A stretch of DNA of 64,000 nt from Eledone cirrhosa (taxonomy: Eukaryota): contig OZ024761.1 in the NCBI GenBank assembly GCA_964016885.1, forward strand, positions 19,282,001-19,346,000, given 5' to 3'. Made by a program: the position numbers and the translations under genes. Numbering within the stretch: the first letter of the stretch is position 1; each line of letters starts with the position of its first letter. Shown here piece after piece: positions 41,473 through 57,159 of this stretch. Under the pieces are notes generated by a model. That model saw only the letters and a list, made by a program, of their open reading frames with translations, did no database searches and was not told the origin of the DNA.

Positions 41473-41530
<58 letters not shown>

Positions 41531-42099
41531 ACAGATATAAAGCAATATAATAATGCAATGGTTAAATCGCAAAATCCCATTCAGGAATCTTACGGTTGAA
41601 AGTAAGGAAAGATAATCCAAGTCGATCTTTTTTTTTTCACCTTTTTCCTGATGGCCTTTTCCCCCGTGACATGTTTTATTAACTAAGTATACCATCAATT
41701 TATCTCATCGTGTCTTAAATATCTAACCAGCCTCCGTTGAAATTTTATCTCTCTATTAATTATATTAAGTCTTACCGTGATGAGAACGGAGAGTAAAGCC
41801 GATGAAAAATATCGCTAAAGAACGGGTGTGTGTCGTAGTAAAAATATTTAGAAGCCATGTATGGGAGGGAAAATTCTACCAAAGAAATATGGTATACCAT
41901 TCGCGCTTTAAACATTTGGTGTGTTTTTTTTATTATTACACCCGGTAGATTTATTAGTATTATTATTTAGAGTATTTAGTAAGTGAATATTTTTGTAATT
42001 ATTTAAAAAAATCTTAAATTATTGAGTAATTCATTTCTATAAACGATTTCTAAAATTTAAGCATGACCGCGCGTCACTTGCTCTCCCCGTTCGCTCTAG

Positions 42100-42185
<86 letters not shown>

Positions 42186-43004
42186 CTAGGGATTTATTTA
42201 TATAATTTAATCATCACAAATTGATGTAGAACAGAAACGTAAATGTCATAGCTTTTCGCATAAATTTTGAACAGGGAAAATTTTATGTTTATTTATGTGG
42301 TTTGATGAATTCATATTAAAAAAATTTAGTTCATATTTTATCCTCTTTTTTTTTTTTTGCTCGTAAAAATTATCGTCTGAATAAAAGCGAAACAAAAAAA
42401 AATCATTTACAATGAACTATTAACATCTGAGTGAGATTTCGACCCCGGGTGTGTACGCGTGTGAGAAGTGTGTGTGTTAATATGTAGTGTGTCGGTGAAA
42501 AGTGGCAGCGGTGGTGATGAAGTGTTGAAATAATTAAAACACCGATCGTCTTCCATAGTTTTAAGCGAGACTGCTGTGTGTCGGCTGCGATCTTGCCGGT
42601 TTTTGTTTCTCGTGTAGCAATTAAAATAATAATAATAAAAATAATAAATAACATTAATAATAGGAAAAGAGGAAGGACTGACACATACAAATGAGCAAGA
42701 CAAGGTTGATTGGCGATTGATTTTAAAAAGAGAGCCCCCCCCCCCACCTTCAATACAATTACATCTATATCCGTGTGTGTATGTATATATCTATATATAT
42801 ATATATACGTGTGTGTGTGTGTATGTATAAATATATATATAAGTGTGGGTATATTTGTATATATATTTATTTATATACGTGTATATTCATAGATTAGTAT
42901 ATATATATATATATATAAGTATATATATATATATATACACATATATATATATATACACATATACATGTATATATACAAATTCATATATATATATATATAT
43001 AAGT

Positions 43005-43051
<47 letters not shown>

Positions 43052-43670
43052 AATATATATATATATATATATGGATATATAGCCATATATCCAAATATAT
43101 ATTTTTATATATTCATATATATATAATATTAAAACACAAGATAGAGTTGTCGCTCGTAAAGCATGCCGGTAGATGACGCTTTAGAGAGTGTTCCACGCAT
43201 GACAAGACCTAGTAGTATTCCGGAATAAAAAGGCAAAAGCTGCGTACATTTTCGGTGAAAAGGAAAGACAAAAATTTCCGCTTTCTTGCTTTAATTTACT
43301 TTAAAAAATATATATATAGTAATCCCCCCCACAAAACAACATACCCATCCCCAAAAAAACAAAGACTCAACATAAAAAAACATAACAGAAATGGCATTGA
43401 AAAGAATTCAGAAGGTGAGATCTTTGCTTTCTTAGATAAAGACATGAAATGAAACGATATATATATATATATCTATATATATATATAGACACATATATAT
43501 GATTATATGTAGATTAAATATATACACACATATAAATGTATATATATATATGTATAATACATGTGTCTATATATATATATCTATATAGATATATATATAT
43601 ATTATATAATATACATACAAAAATATATATTCATCACGTATAGAAAAAAATGATCTATTATAGTGTGGCG

Positions 43671-43708
<38 letters not shown>

Positions 43709-43978
43709 CTATGGGGGAGGGGGGGGGGGGGAGGAAATAGATTTGATTTAGAGAGGAAAAGCCTTTTAAGATGTCTTCTCTCTTTCTCTCCCCTCATTTT
43801 TATCCATCACCGTTTTGTCGTTTGTCGGTTATATATCTCTCTATCTATATTAGATTATATATTATATAGATATTTATATATACTTATATATTTGCGCACA
43901 CACACATATATATATATGGATATACATATATATATATATCGATAAATCTGCATGTATATCTTGTAACTCCTCTTTGTG

Positions 43979-44011
<33 letters not shown>

Positions 44012-44615
44012 ACATAAAAGCTGTGTGTGTATATATATATGTGTGTGTGTGTGTGTGCGAATGTATAACATCGCGTGTGTATATATATTACGGCTATATA
44101 TTAGTGTTGATGGGTCGAAAAAATACTTTGAATGGTGGGGAAAAAAAACCTATTTTAAGATGTCTTCTCCCCCCTTCTTCATAGCCACCGGTATTTTTTT
44201 TTTTTGTCGGTCGTACACACACATATATGTCTATATACACATATATGTATGTGTATATATAACAGATATATATATATATATCTAATGTGATGAAATATAT
44301 ATATATAAGCTCCGTTTATATTTTATGAATAATCTATATGTATAGTGATCATGTGTGTGTAATATCTAACTATATATATATATTATATATATATGTGTGT
44401 GTGTGTGTGTGAAGAATGGTTTAAGAGAAAGATAGGGAAAAAAAAAGATAACCATTAGCTCCCCTGAGCCGCGGTGGCAGCTTCTCTGCCATTTAACAGT
44501 TGTATAAAAATTGATAAAAATGTGTGCCGCCGCCGACACTTTCCGTGCTCGGCGACAGCTACCGCCTCGCATCCATCCATCTATCTATACATATGTATGT
44601 ACATGCACGCACATA

Positions 44616-44661
<46 letters not shown>

Positions 44662-44847
44662 AGTGTATCTATCTATCTATCTATATATATGTGTGTCTAC
44701 TCGTCTTTGGAATATCTTACTTTTTACATGAAAACCAAAAGAAGCAAGTGCTTTAGTCATCTTACAATCCCTAAACTATATGTGTGTGTATATATATATA
44801 TATATGTGTGTATATATATATATGTGTGTGTGTATATATATATATAC

Positions 44848-44893
<46 letters not shown>

Positions 44894-45297
44894 GTCTATA
44901 TAATGGTTGTAATCCTATCCTATTTTTTCCACCCACATTGCTATATATTTGTATCCGTGTGTGTGTGTGTGTGTGAGTGTGTAATCTAATGTCTATATAA
45001 TTTGAAGGTTTATAGTTTTTGTATAATATAGCTTATATTATATATGAATATACATGTGTCTATAGAGGTTACATGTAAATAGCTATGATTATATAGATGT
45101 GTGGATATGCACATAATAATTCCGATGTCTATATATATCATTTGAAGGTTTAATTTTGTACGAGTGTATGATTATCAATAGATTTTATATGTATGATTAC
45201 TCATGCACACACATATTAGTGTATGTATGATTATCAATAGTCTTTATCTATATGTATGATTACACATATCTATCTATCTATATATCTATCTCCCTCC

Positions 45298-45328
<31 letters not shown>

Positions 45329-45550
45329 CGTGTGTGTAGTGTATCTGTTCGGCTGAGTATGATTATACACACATCTATATAATATATACACACATATTCT
45401 CTCTCACACACATATACAACATACTTGTGTGTGTATAATTTGTAAGATTGTGTGTGAGTGTATATATATATATATATGATCACACACACCTCTCTCTCTC
45501 TCTCTCTTTATATATATATATATATATATATGTACAGCCTTACATACACA

Positions 45551-45604
<54 letters not shown>

Positions 45605-45987
45605 TATATGTAAGGCTGGTATATGTATCGGTCTTTTCTCGTCCGGCTGCTAGTATAATGATTCAGATAACCGAACGGTATTCTCGTGTTATTTAGATAG
45701 CTTCTTCTATCATCATCCATTTATATTTATTACATTGTTCATGGTTATCTCTACACGACTCCCCCCTCTCTCTTGTATATAATGTATGTCTATATATACG
45801 TATATATATATATATCGGCGTGTGTGTGTGTGTATATATATATTATTTCTAAAATAAATGTGTGTGTGTGTGTATATGTATGTATATATTATAGATGTTT
45901 TGTCAATGTCTGTGCCGGCTACCATTTAGCTAAGACATATCTACATACTGACATATATATATATGTATATATGTGTGTGTATGTATG

Positions 45988-46034
<47 letters not shown>

Positions 46035-46546
46035 TGTGTGTGTTTGTTACATGCGAACTGTATGCGTCCCATGTGCCATTTAATACTCAGAATATGGTTT
46101 TTGGCTCTTTTTACGTTGAGTTCAAATCACGCTGAAGTTAGCTTTGCATGGCATCCTTATCGTGTAGGTAAAATATGGTACCCGTTATGTACGAGGTTCG
46201 ATATAACCGACTTTCTCCTGTCAAGATTCGATGGTCCTGTGTCGATGCTACCTAACGATCATTATACCGTATGTATGGAACTGTTATATATATTGTATGG
46301 AACTGTTATATATATATATATATATATATATATGATTTCTTTTGAATGAAGCAGTTCTAGTCTCCCTCTCTATATGAAGGGTGTGGTTGTTAGAAGTATA
46401 CGTATAGATGTATGTGTGTATACACACACACACAGATGTGTGTGTGTGTGTATATATACATCTATACATGTGTGTGGTTCTGATAGTGATCTTAGTAATA
46501 CATAGTGGAAGAACTCAATAAATGTATTTTATAGCTTATATATATA

Positions 46547-46591
<45 letters not shown>

Positions 46592-46902
46592 ATACAGGAT
46601 CCCCCCCCCCCCCCAAAAAAAAAATGTATACACACTTCAACAGCATTCTAAGAAATATTGCCTGTACGTGTAATCAAAGTGTGTATACATTTTTTTGGAC
46701 ACCCTGTGTGTGTGTTGTGTGTTTTCTGCTTCCTCTGTCTTTAGATATTGCCGGCGATTCTTCAACATCATATACTCACTTGCATATAGTCGTTTAATGG
46801 ATGTTTGTGAGGACTATAATATATATATATAGTGAATAGCTCCACATTTAAGATACATAGTATATGTTTCCATGTCTACGGTTTTGTGGTGTGGCTTGTA
46901 TA

Positions 46903-46958
<56 letters not shown>

Positions 46959-47035
46959 CACGCACATTTTGCTTTAGAGTGTTTGCTAATACTTTTGTTT
47001 AAAACAAACGTGATTATATGTGTGGTGTGTGTATG

Positions 47036-47143
<108 letters not shown>

Positions 47144-47144
47144 C

Positions 47145-47502
47145 GAGGCACATGGCATTGGCCTTGCAATCGAAAGGTTGTGAGTTCAATTCTCAGACCG
47201 GGTGATGTGTTGTTTCCTTGAGCAAGACACTTTATTTCACTTTGCTCCAGTTTACTCAGCTGTAGAAATGAGATAGAGACTGGGGTCCCTATCATTCCAC
47301 TGCAAAGTGGTCGTGGCGGTGCCACGGCAAAAAAAGCCCCCAGCACTCAATGCAAAGTGGACGTGTAGGCGTCACGGAAAAAAAAGCACCCTGCACTCAC
47401 TGTAAATGAGGTTGGCGTTAGGAAGGGCATCCAGCTGTAGAAATCAAGCCAGAATCAGTTTCCGTCCCACCCTTGCAAGCAGGGAAAAGCGGACGTATGA
47501 TG

Positions 47503-47503
<1 letters not shown>
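47145..47503 (+). mobile_element. SINE family A with short internal duplication
   Basis: Same head, body and tail; the gcaaagtgg...cacggaaaaaaagc segment is duplicated. Confidence 0.85.
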
Positions 47504-47542
<39 letters not shown>

Positions 47543-47949
47543 ATAATAGGAATATGCTGGTGTGCGACTATATGGAAATGTGATTATATGTAATGCATGT
47601 TTCGTCTGACTATGGAATATGTGTCACCTTGTGCGATTATATGTAATATATGTTCAGTGTTTCTATATGGAATGTATGTGGTTATATGAAATGTGTGTTT
47701 CTGTACGTGAATCATGCATGTGACAATATGAAATGTGTTTTGTATATGGCTATATGGAATTGCGGTTGTAGCTTTATGGAACACTTTCCTCATTATAAGG
47801 AGTGACTACATGATGTGTGTGTGTAACTATATGCCTTGTCTGTATATCACAGCTATTGTACATGTGAGTATGTGTATAGCTAGCTTATAAAATGTATGCA
47901 TAATATGCAACCGTATTTAAGGTGGTGGGGGTAGGGGTAACACAGAGTA

Positions 47950-49170
47950 TGTATATATGGTACTCTACTGTGTACTCCTCTATTAAATGTGTATATATGG
48001 TACTCTACTGTGTATTCTATTAAATGTGTATATATGGTACTCTACTGTGAATGTGTATATGGTACTCTACTGTGAATGTATATATATATAGTACTCTGTG
48101 AATGTGTATATGGTACTCTACTGTGAATGTATATATATAGTACTCTGTGAATGTGTATATGGTACTCTACTGTGAACGCGTATATGGTACTCTACTGTGA
48201 ATGTGTATATGGTACTCTACTGTGAATGTGTATATGGTACTCTACTGTGAATGTGTATATGGTACTCTACTGCGAACGTGTATATGGTACTCTACTGCGA
48301 ACGTGTATATGGTACTCTACTGCGAACGTGTATATGGTACTCTACTGCGAACGTGTATATGGTACTCTACTGTGAATGTGTATATGGTACTCTACTGTGA
48401 ATGCGTATATGGTACTCTACTGCGAACGTGTATATGGTACTCTACTGTGAACGTGTATATGGTACTCTACTGTGAACGTGTATATGGTACTCTACTGTGA
48501 ATGTGTGTATGGTACTCTACTGTGAATGTGTGTATGGTACTCTACTGTGAACGTGTATGTGGTACTCTACTGTGAACGTGTATATGGTACTCTACTGTGA
48601 ACGTGTATTGGTACTTTACTGTGAATGTATATATGGTACTCTACTGCGAATGTGTATATGGTACTCTATGAACGTGTATACGGCACTCTGAATGTATGTG
48701 GTACTCTACTGTGTACTCTATTAATTGTGTATATATGATACTCTACTGTGAATGTGTATATGGTACTCTACTGTGAATCTATATATGGTACTCTATTGTG
48801 AATGTATATAAGGTACTCTAATGTGAACGTGTATACGGTACTCTGCTGTGTACTCTATTAAATGTGTATATATGGTACTCTTCTACGAATGCATATAAGG
48901 TCCTCTACTGTGAATGTACATATGGTACTCTGAATTTATATATGATACTCTACTATTTGTGTGGTACTCTATTTGAATATGCATGGGGTACTCTGCTGTG
49001 AATCTATATATGGTACTCTGCTGTGAATCTATATATGGTACTCTATCATGAATCTGTATACGGTACTCTACTGTGAATCTGTATATGGTACTCTACTGTG
49101 AATCTGTATATGGTACTCTACTGTGAATCTGTATATGGTACTCTACTGAGAGTGTATACTGTACTATGCT
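47950..49170. repeat. 25-bp minisatellite
   Basis: Unit tatatggtactctactgtgaatgtg at 48181, 48206, 48231...; decays towards both ends. Confidence 0.95.
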
Positions 49171-49629
49171 GAGTATGTCTACAATATTCTCTCGAGTATG
49201 TATGTATGTATGTATGTATGTATATATATATGGTATTCTACTAAGAATGTATACATGTTACTCTCTCGATTATATGTACATGTTACTCTCTATGCTGAGG
49301 TCGTATACATGATACTCTATCGAGTATGTATATATGGTACTGAACTGAGTATAAATATATATATGTACCGTACTTTGCTGAGTATGTATATACGCTGTTC
49401 TACTGAGCATGTTAACGTCCTACTCTGTACGTGTATTATACACAGCTCAGTACACGTGCACTGGATATTTGAGGTCGTACATGATCTACTCAATACATCT
49501 ACGATTAAGCACACACTCACGCATATGTGTGTATTACTATGGTGTGTATACGTTACTATTGCTGGATGTGTATGTGCTAATAAGGTGCGTATATATGTAT
49601 ATAATGTGTGTGTGTGTGTGTTATATGGT

Positions 49630-49725
49630 CATTCTGGAGTTTCGCCTGTGAAATTGCTACTGTTGTTTGTGTCTGATGGCCCTGTGAATACACAGGCGAA
49701 ACTCCGGAGTGATAGGACACAGGCT
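49630..49725 (+). ncRNA. Hammerhead-like motif (H3), preceded by an inverted partial copy
   Basis: CTGATGG cCCTGTG aata CACAGGc GAAACTCCGGAGTG; relatives at 39120-39235(-) and 52137-52232(+). Confidence 0.5.
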
Positions 49726-50227
49726 CGATCAGAATAAAAATTATTAATTAATCTCGGGTAAGGTATTGAGTACTTATTATCACAGACGTCAAAACTAAAC
49801 TGATATGTATCTACTAAACACATAGTTGAATGTATCTGATATGTATCTACTGTTGAATGTGTGTGGTTGTATATATATATATATATATATAAACACCCAC
49901 ACACACACACATACGGTGAGGGAGTGTGCAATTTTATATAGTATATGTAATTTGTAATGACTTTATGAAAGGTTCCATGTATAAGAGTATCCCTCCCATA
50001 GAAAACAGTTGGTTTTTGTGTCTATTTCGGTGTGTCCCCTATAGCAAAACCCCATTTGATGTACCGGCTTTCTTCAGGTGAGTGTGTGTATGTATAATAT
50101 ATATATATATATCAATCAAGGTTTCACAATGGAAAAAAAATACATGGGCCGAATGAACAAAAGCAACTTCATCAGCCATCCCCAGGACACTGCAATTTCG
50201 TGCATATTATATATATATATATATATG

Positions 50228-50416
50228 TGGATTGGTGGATTGGCAGTATCGGTAGAGGGTCGGACGCCATGCTTTGACGCGCAGAGTTACGGCCCTTGCC
50301 ATTCTGTGTTCAAATCCTGCCGAGGTTAACTTTGCCTTTCATCCTTACGGGGTCGATAAAATAAAGTACCAGTAATGCACTGGGTAATTGCTGGCTTTGT
50401 GCCAAAAGTAGAAACA
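50228..50416 (+). mobile_element. SINE family B
   Basis: Full head-to-tail match; more diverged copies at 32236-32362, 34797-34941, 36615-36724, 56193-56385, 61308-61490, 62507-62646. Confidence 0.82.
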
Positions 50417-52260
50417 ATTATATATATGTATGCGTGTGTGTGTGTACATCTCTCTATATAGTGCTTCTCCGAAGAAACTCAGCGAACAACCTATTCTCTT
50501 TGCTGAAACATCATAACTATGTTGTAAGAAACCGAATAGATAAAATCACATACTCTATTATCGGTATTGAGTTCTAACCACTTTTTGTGTACTACCAAGA
50601 TGGATATATCGGAACAAAACACACGCACATATATATTGAAGGGGTGTTTTATGTATATGCGTACATAGAAACAATCACAGATTAAGTGAAGGATGTGAGC
50701 AAGGTTTAACTGTGGAAGAGGCTCCACGCCTGTATTTGGAAGTCGCTGCCACCTGGTTTCTCGGGGACATTCACAATAGAGGACCCCAGTCCCTTCACGT
50801 AGTAGTAATAGCTCACACGTATGTAGGTTTAGCTGGCCTGTTACAAGGTTGCATCTCATGTGAGGTTTCTTGGGTGTTTTAATGTTTTAATGATAGGGGT
50901 CCTAGTCCCTTCATGTCGTTGAAACCGCTCATTACATATTTAGGTTTACCTTGTCTGCTACAAGGGTGTATATCATAGGTTTCTCGGGTATTTTTAATAA
51001 TAGGGGCCCACAATCTCATGTAGCTGGCCTGCTACAAGGTTGCATATCACAGGAGGGTTATCGGGTGTATTAACAATAGGGATCTCCAGTGCTGTATTGT
51101 AAGGCAACGTGAAATGAAGCGTCTTGCATAGGAACACAGTTCGCCGTCCAGCTCGGGAATCGAAACCACGATTATATGGTCGTAAGTCCAACACCCTCAC
51201 CATTAGACCACACACATACATACATACATACATACATACATACATACACATGCATACACTCAAGCATTCTCTATCACACTTTCTCGTTGTTTTCTTTCTT
51301 TTGCTTCTTCTTCCCATGACGTCATGGTCCCATATATTTGTCTCTCTTTAATAAATCTCCAAGTCTCTTCAGATAAATTCTTCGTTGCTAGAACCGACCC
51401 AGAGGTTCGTCTACGGTGTGTGTGTGTGTGTGTTTAAATATGTTCCCCTCTCTCTCTATATATATAATATATTACATCTCTCTCCTGCACACTCATTCTC
51501 CTTGTGTGCGCGTGTGTGTATATATGTATATAATATGTATATGTGTGCATACACATACATTTGGATATGCAAACATGAGGAAATAGTGCTCGATACAAAA
51601 GTAGTATATTTTTATTTCATTACTAAGATTCTCTGTTGCTACTCGCTATTACTTACTGGTCATGTGTGTGTGTGTGTGTATATATATATATCTATATATA
51701 TATATATAATATACATACATGCAAACATGGTCTCTGTCTTTACTCTATCGATCTGGTATCTCTCTCTACGGACATTCTTTCAGTACCCTCACTACCTCCC
51801 TCTTTGCTTCCTAGTCTTTTTTTGATCTACCTCTCACTCTCACCCTGCCCCTCTCTCTCTGTTTTTTTTATACTCCCCTTCACTTGGTGGTCTGCTCTTT
51901 CTCTTAACTTCCTCTCACTCTTACTTCCTCCTCCTCTCTCTACATTGTTACAGAGAGCATGTCCTCCCCCCTCTTACACCCGCTATTGATGTGTAATGGA
52001 TGTTTCTCCAACACCATATAATAATTCCTCGTAAGATATATATGTATATATACACACATATATGGCTTTCCGACATGCATGTGTGTGTGTGTGTGTGTGT
52101 GTGTCTGTATATTTCAAGATGTGTGTGTGTATACACACACAGGCGAAACTCCAGAGTAACAAGACTCACTATTTAGCCTTAATAAAATATTAAAACTCTA
52201 CTTCAGTATTGAGTACTCTTTTCTCTCAGCCATATATATATATATATTTATATATATATA

Positions 52261-52295
<35 letters not shown>

Positions 52296-52579
52296 ATGTG
52301 TGTGTGTGTGTGCACTTACATAAGCTACGATCGTCAAACTGCTTTCTGTACCGCCGCCGCGACCACCACCAGCATTAGCACTACCACTACTACCTTGAGT
52401 GGTGAAGCTGGCGATGGTGTTGGTGATAATCACAAAGGTGGTAGGAGGGCGATGTGACGATGATGGTATATGGACGAGGAGAGGAGCAGTGGGAGTAGGA
52501 AAAGTGATGGCGGTTTGTGTTTTACTGCAGATATACTACTACCACCGCCGTTATTACTAGCATTACTATTATTATTATC

Positions 52580-52610
<31 letters not shown>

Positions 52611-52754
52611 TTACTGCAGGTGAACCTTGCTAGTTAGACATGCCAGGTTTTCGAGAGAGAAAGTAGTTTTTCTTTCTTACCCCGTATACCATCTATAGTG
52701 CTCCTTCGTACACGTCTATATGTATATGTATGTTTGGCTGTATACACACACACA

Positions 52755-52821
<67 letters not shown>

Positions 52822-53068
52822 TATATATATACATATATACACACACACACACATGTACCCACCTATCTAAATACCCTGTTCTCTAGCAAGGTTTTATATA
52901 TTCGTACGTCTGCATGTATGTTTGACTGTATATATAATCATTTTACATTCGTTTTATGATTATATATATTGATGTGTATATATATACAGATAGATGTATA
53001 TAAGCTTAAGATTGCAGAAGAACAAGATTTTATATGTGTGTATATATATATGTGTGTGTATGTATATA

Positions 53069-53128
<60 letters not shown>

Positions 53129-53168
53129 TATATATATATATATATACACACACATATATATATATAAT

Positions 53169-53423
53169 CATCATCATCATCATCATTTTACGTCCGCTTT
53201 TCCCTGCTTGCAAGGGTGGTACGGGGACTGATTCTGGCTTGATTTCTACAGCTGGATGTCCTTCCTAACACCAACCTCATTTGCAATGAGTGCTGGGTAC
53301 TTTTTTGCCGTGGCAGTGGAATGAGTAAACTGGAGCAATGTGAAATAGTGTCTTGCTCAAGGAATTGAACTCACAACCTTTCGATTGCAAGGCCAATGCG
53401 CTAACCACTAAGCCATGTGCCTC
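53169..53423 (-). mobile_element. SINE family A, internally deleted
   Basis: Reverse-complement match to head and tail of family A. Confidence 0.8.
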
Positions 53424-53743
53424 TATATATATATAATGTGTGTGTATAATGGTTAATGTTATGTTTTTGTAGTCATTTTAAATTACTTCCTGGCCTCCTC
53501 ACTGTTCCATTGTAACCCAATTATCGTGAAGGGTGGGGTGACGTGGGAGTTGTGAAGGTGCTTACTGTGTGACCCAGGTCAAAATTTGCTTTAGCATGCT
53601 CCTGTGACCAAGACTGTTGACCGTTCCAACCAATTGCATCCTGTCTTTTATACAGACGGTAAGGTATGATTTGAGAAAGAATTTAGCTGCTATTTACATA
53701 AATGTCCTTGTCCCGTCGTTGTAGTTTAGCCCCTGTTAGACAG

Positions 53744-53787
<44 letters not shown>

Positions 53788-56444
53788 ATAGATTGAGCCG
53801 GCGGTAGGTTGAAAATGGTATGGCGTGATTTGAGTGAGATTCTGGCTACTGTTTCTAGCAAGTCGAACGACTTGCATAGCGGGTTCTTTGTTCGATCATT
53901 CAGATATTGTTGTTGTTTAACACCAGGCCAATCCTCATTCAACAGATATATAGATAGATATAGATTTACGTTCAGTCATGTATGACTCTCCCATCTATAT
54001 ATTTTCAGAAACTGTATGCAGAAATATATTCTCCAATGTGGCCTTATTTTTGAGATGGAAATGAAAAACCAGTGGTTTGGGGATGGCGGAGAGGGGGTAG
54101 ATAGATGCAGAATTTAGCAAAATGTTGGGGCCACCACAATGCTGACCCCAACTTTTGCAAGGAAAATGACCTTGCTGTTGATAGGATGTGATTCAACAGT
54201 GGTTTGGTTGCTATTTCTAGCAAGTCAAACGTCTTTGCCTTATGTTTCATACATGGTTTATTTATTGTTGCAGAAACGGTGATACTGTTGTGGTAGTCAC
54301 CTGTTAGTAAATGTTCCAGTCTCTATTTTGTTCTTCTCTCCGTCATATTTCCACGTTCCTGTGGTAGCTGCTTTTCTGTTTTGAAGCAGCAATTACCAGT
54401 GCGGATGTTGTGGTAGGTTCTTAGGGCATGGGCCTCCTGCTTGTGATCCCTGGACCTTTGAGGCTCTGTAGAGGGAGTGCTGAAGGTGGGATTCCTTGAC
54501 AATAGAACTCAAAATAAGAAAATAGAAATATCTTGCTTGATTCATTGTGTTAGGGCCCAAGTTTGCTAGGGTTCCCTTTTAGGTTCATGTGTATATAAGT
54601 GGAGCTTAGGGTTTCCTTGTTGGCTTGTGTGTGTCATCTTCATCATTGTTTAATGTCCGTTTTCCATGCTACCATAAGTTAGATGGGTTGTCCCATTAGA
54701 GGCAAGTTGGGTCAAGTGACCATGTCTTGCTCATATAGTACTGTTTATGGCTAGGCTTCTATGATTGGATGCCCTTCCTAACGCCAACCAGATTTACAGT
54801 GTGTGCTGGGTGTTTTTGTTGTGACTCCTACAAGGCCACTTTACACATATGTGTGTGTGTATATATATGTATATATGTAGTGCTGGTGATCTACACAATA
54901 AAAGCACCCAGTAAATGGTATAAAATGGTGGGTGCTAGGAAAGGCATCCAGCTTGCCAAACAAGAGGTGAGGAGGACCTTTCAGTTTGTGTTAGAAGACA
55001 ACTTTTCCCCTGCATTCGATATGACCATACATATGTTGGATACAGACACCTCGAACTGTCTGGGAGGTCAGTAGCTCCACTTCAGTACTGACTTGGTCTA
55101 CGTAGACCCGTCCAACCCTTGCTAAGACTTATTTAAAGAAGAAAAAAAAAACAGCTTCCATGTTGGAAATATGCAACCCCCTTAGGATGTGTTATTAAAG
55201 AAGCTTATGTCTTCATATATTCCTTTTATTTATAGTTTATTAGTTGAGCTGCTGTCCTATGCTAAGAACAGTCCAAGGTTGGGCATCTGGCATCTAGAAT
55301 GCTGCCAGCCATTCATGGCACTCTACCAACTGGATAAGGCATTTGATGGTCAGAAAACAATGCTTGCCGTTTGCTTTCTCCAGAATCTTAGTGGTGGGAT
55401 TGAGTAACGATGGGCTAGTTACCACATTGGGCATTGATGAGGGTATTCTGTGCTGACTCTTTTGGAGGACGTTCAGGTCTGGGGGCTGGGGTGGGGGGGT
55501 AATTTCCAACAGTCTTTGGCCTGGCAGTGCTACAAGATGGTGTGTGAGAGGATGGTGGAGGGCATTACCTGTTTAAAATACTCTCTATAGGCACAGAAAT
55601 GCCAACAGCTGAATCTGAGATGTGCACAGGGCAACAAAATCGTTCTGCATAACTATTGCGTGTGGAACACATCTGGATGCCAGGTTAGTAGCTGTGACTA
55701 TAGTGAAAATCAAACCGCCCCTTTCATTTGACAAGGAAGGCTGACAAATTTTCCTCTACACCATGACTATGGTGAAAGAAGTGTGGTGGATATGACCAAA
55801 AAGTTTGAGGACAGGGATTTCCCCCCCTGGCTCTGGCCAAATTCTCATCAGTTTTTTACCAAGTATCACAGGAAGATGATGGTAGAGAGGGTGGTTCTTC
55901 TTCCAGGGGGTTTCACAAAAGGGTGGGTGTGAGCAGCAATATTGATAAAGCTGAATGAGTCTGCTCTGACCTATGCCCTTCTAAAACAGGAAAAGAGTAC
56001 TTTTAATAATACCTTTAGTATGGCAGAAGAATCTAGTATTTTGCCTTATTACCCTAGATGACCCCACTCCTCCACCCTGTTGGGGAATGTTTATGGTTTA
56101 AACTTTGTTACATCTATTGTTTTGTTGATTTCAACCCTTTTTACTCTCTCCTAAATCCCACTTATATAGTATTTTTTCACATCATTATCATAAGGCAGAT
56201 GATTGGCAATTTCGGTAGAGCATCAGACATGCTTGGCCCTTAACGTTCTGTGTTCAAATCCCAAGGTCAGTTTTGCCTTTCATCCTTTCGGGGTTGATAA
56301 AATAAAGTACCAGTCAAATACTGGAGCTGATATAATTGACTTTCCCCTCCCCACAAATTGAAGATCTTGTGCCTAGATTAGAAATCCTTATCCCCTGTTT
56401 TAAGTTTTGATATGACATATATGTATATATATATATGTCACATG

Positions 56445-56705
56445 GTATGTCAGTTCAATGGAGCTTCTACAAAGACTGCTGATCGATACCTCGAGGATGT
56501 GCTTCACATGAGACGCATGTGCTGGCACAGCCATGCCAAGCGCAGTGGGGGCTGGATCAGCAAAGTGATGAATGTCCAGGAAGCAGTAGAGGCCCAGGAA
56601 GACCAAAAAGGACTTAGATGGAGGATGTCTGTTATGACCAATCTAGGCTTGGCCTGGCTTAAGTGTGACTGGTGGACAGAAACACATGGAGTGGGACGCT
56701 AAGGA
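56445..56705 (+). mobile_element. RTE-type LINE 3' fragment, degenerate
   Basis: RRMCWHSHAKR...GSRGPGRPKRT...DRNTW; similar remnants at 18770-18940(+) and 27155-27310(-). Confidence 0.6.
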
Positions 56706-57159
56706 GCGCTGTCATCTTGCTTATGTACGGTATCACATTCTACCGAGTGCACAGGAGAGGTTGTCATATCTTTGACTCAACTGAGAGTCCTCTCAACCCT
56801 TTGTTTGGCAAGCTTTCTATAACGGCATGCCCTTCCTATCACCAACCACTTAGCAGCATGTACTGAATGTGTGTATCGTGTAGATCACCAACACTATATC
56901 TGTGAAATGAAATGCTAAGACTATTTACATAGAGTATTAGCTATTTCATGGCTTTTGAAAACAATTACTATAATGAGATTATTTTGATAGCAAAGACATG
57001 TTGGCTTAGTGGTTAGGGGGTTGGGTTCACAGTCATAAGGTTGTGGGTTCAATCCCTGATACAAGCAGCATGTGTTCTTGAGCAAGACTCTTCATTTCAC
57101 ATTGCTTTCCACGGCAGGACTGGAGCCCTTATCGTTATAACACCTAAGAAAACTATTAG

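Noticed and set aside
55294-55509. PPQPPDLNVL resembling the Tc1 transposase WPPQSPDLNPIE motif
   Set aside because: Single short match with no other DDE motifs or TIRs recognised
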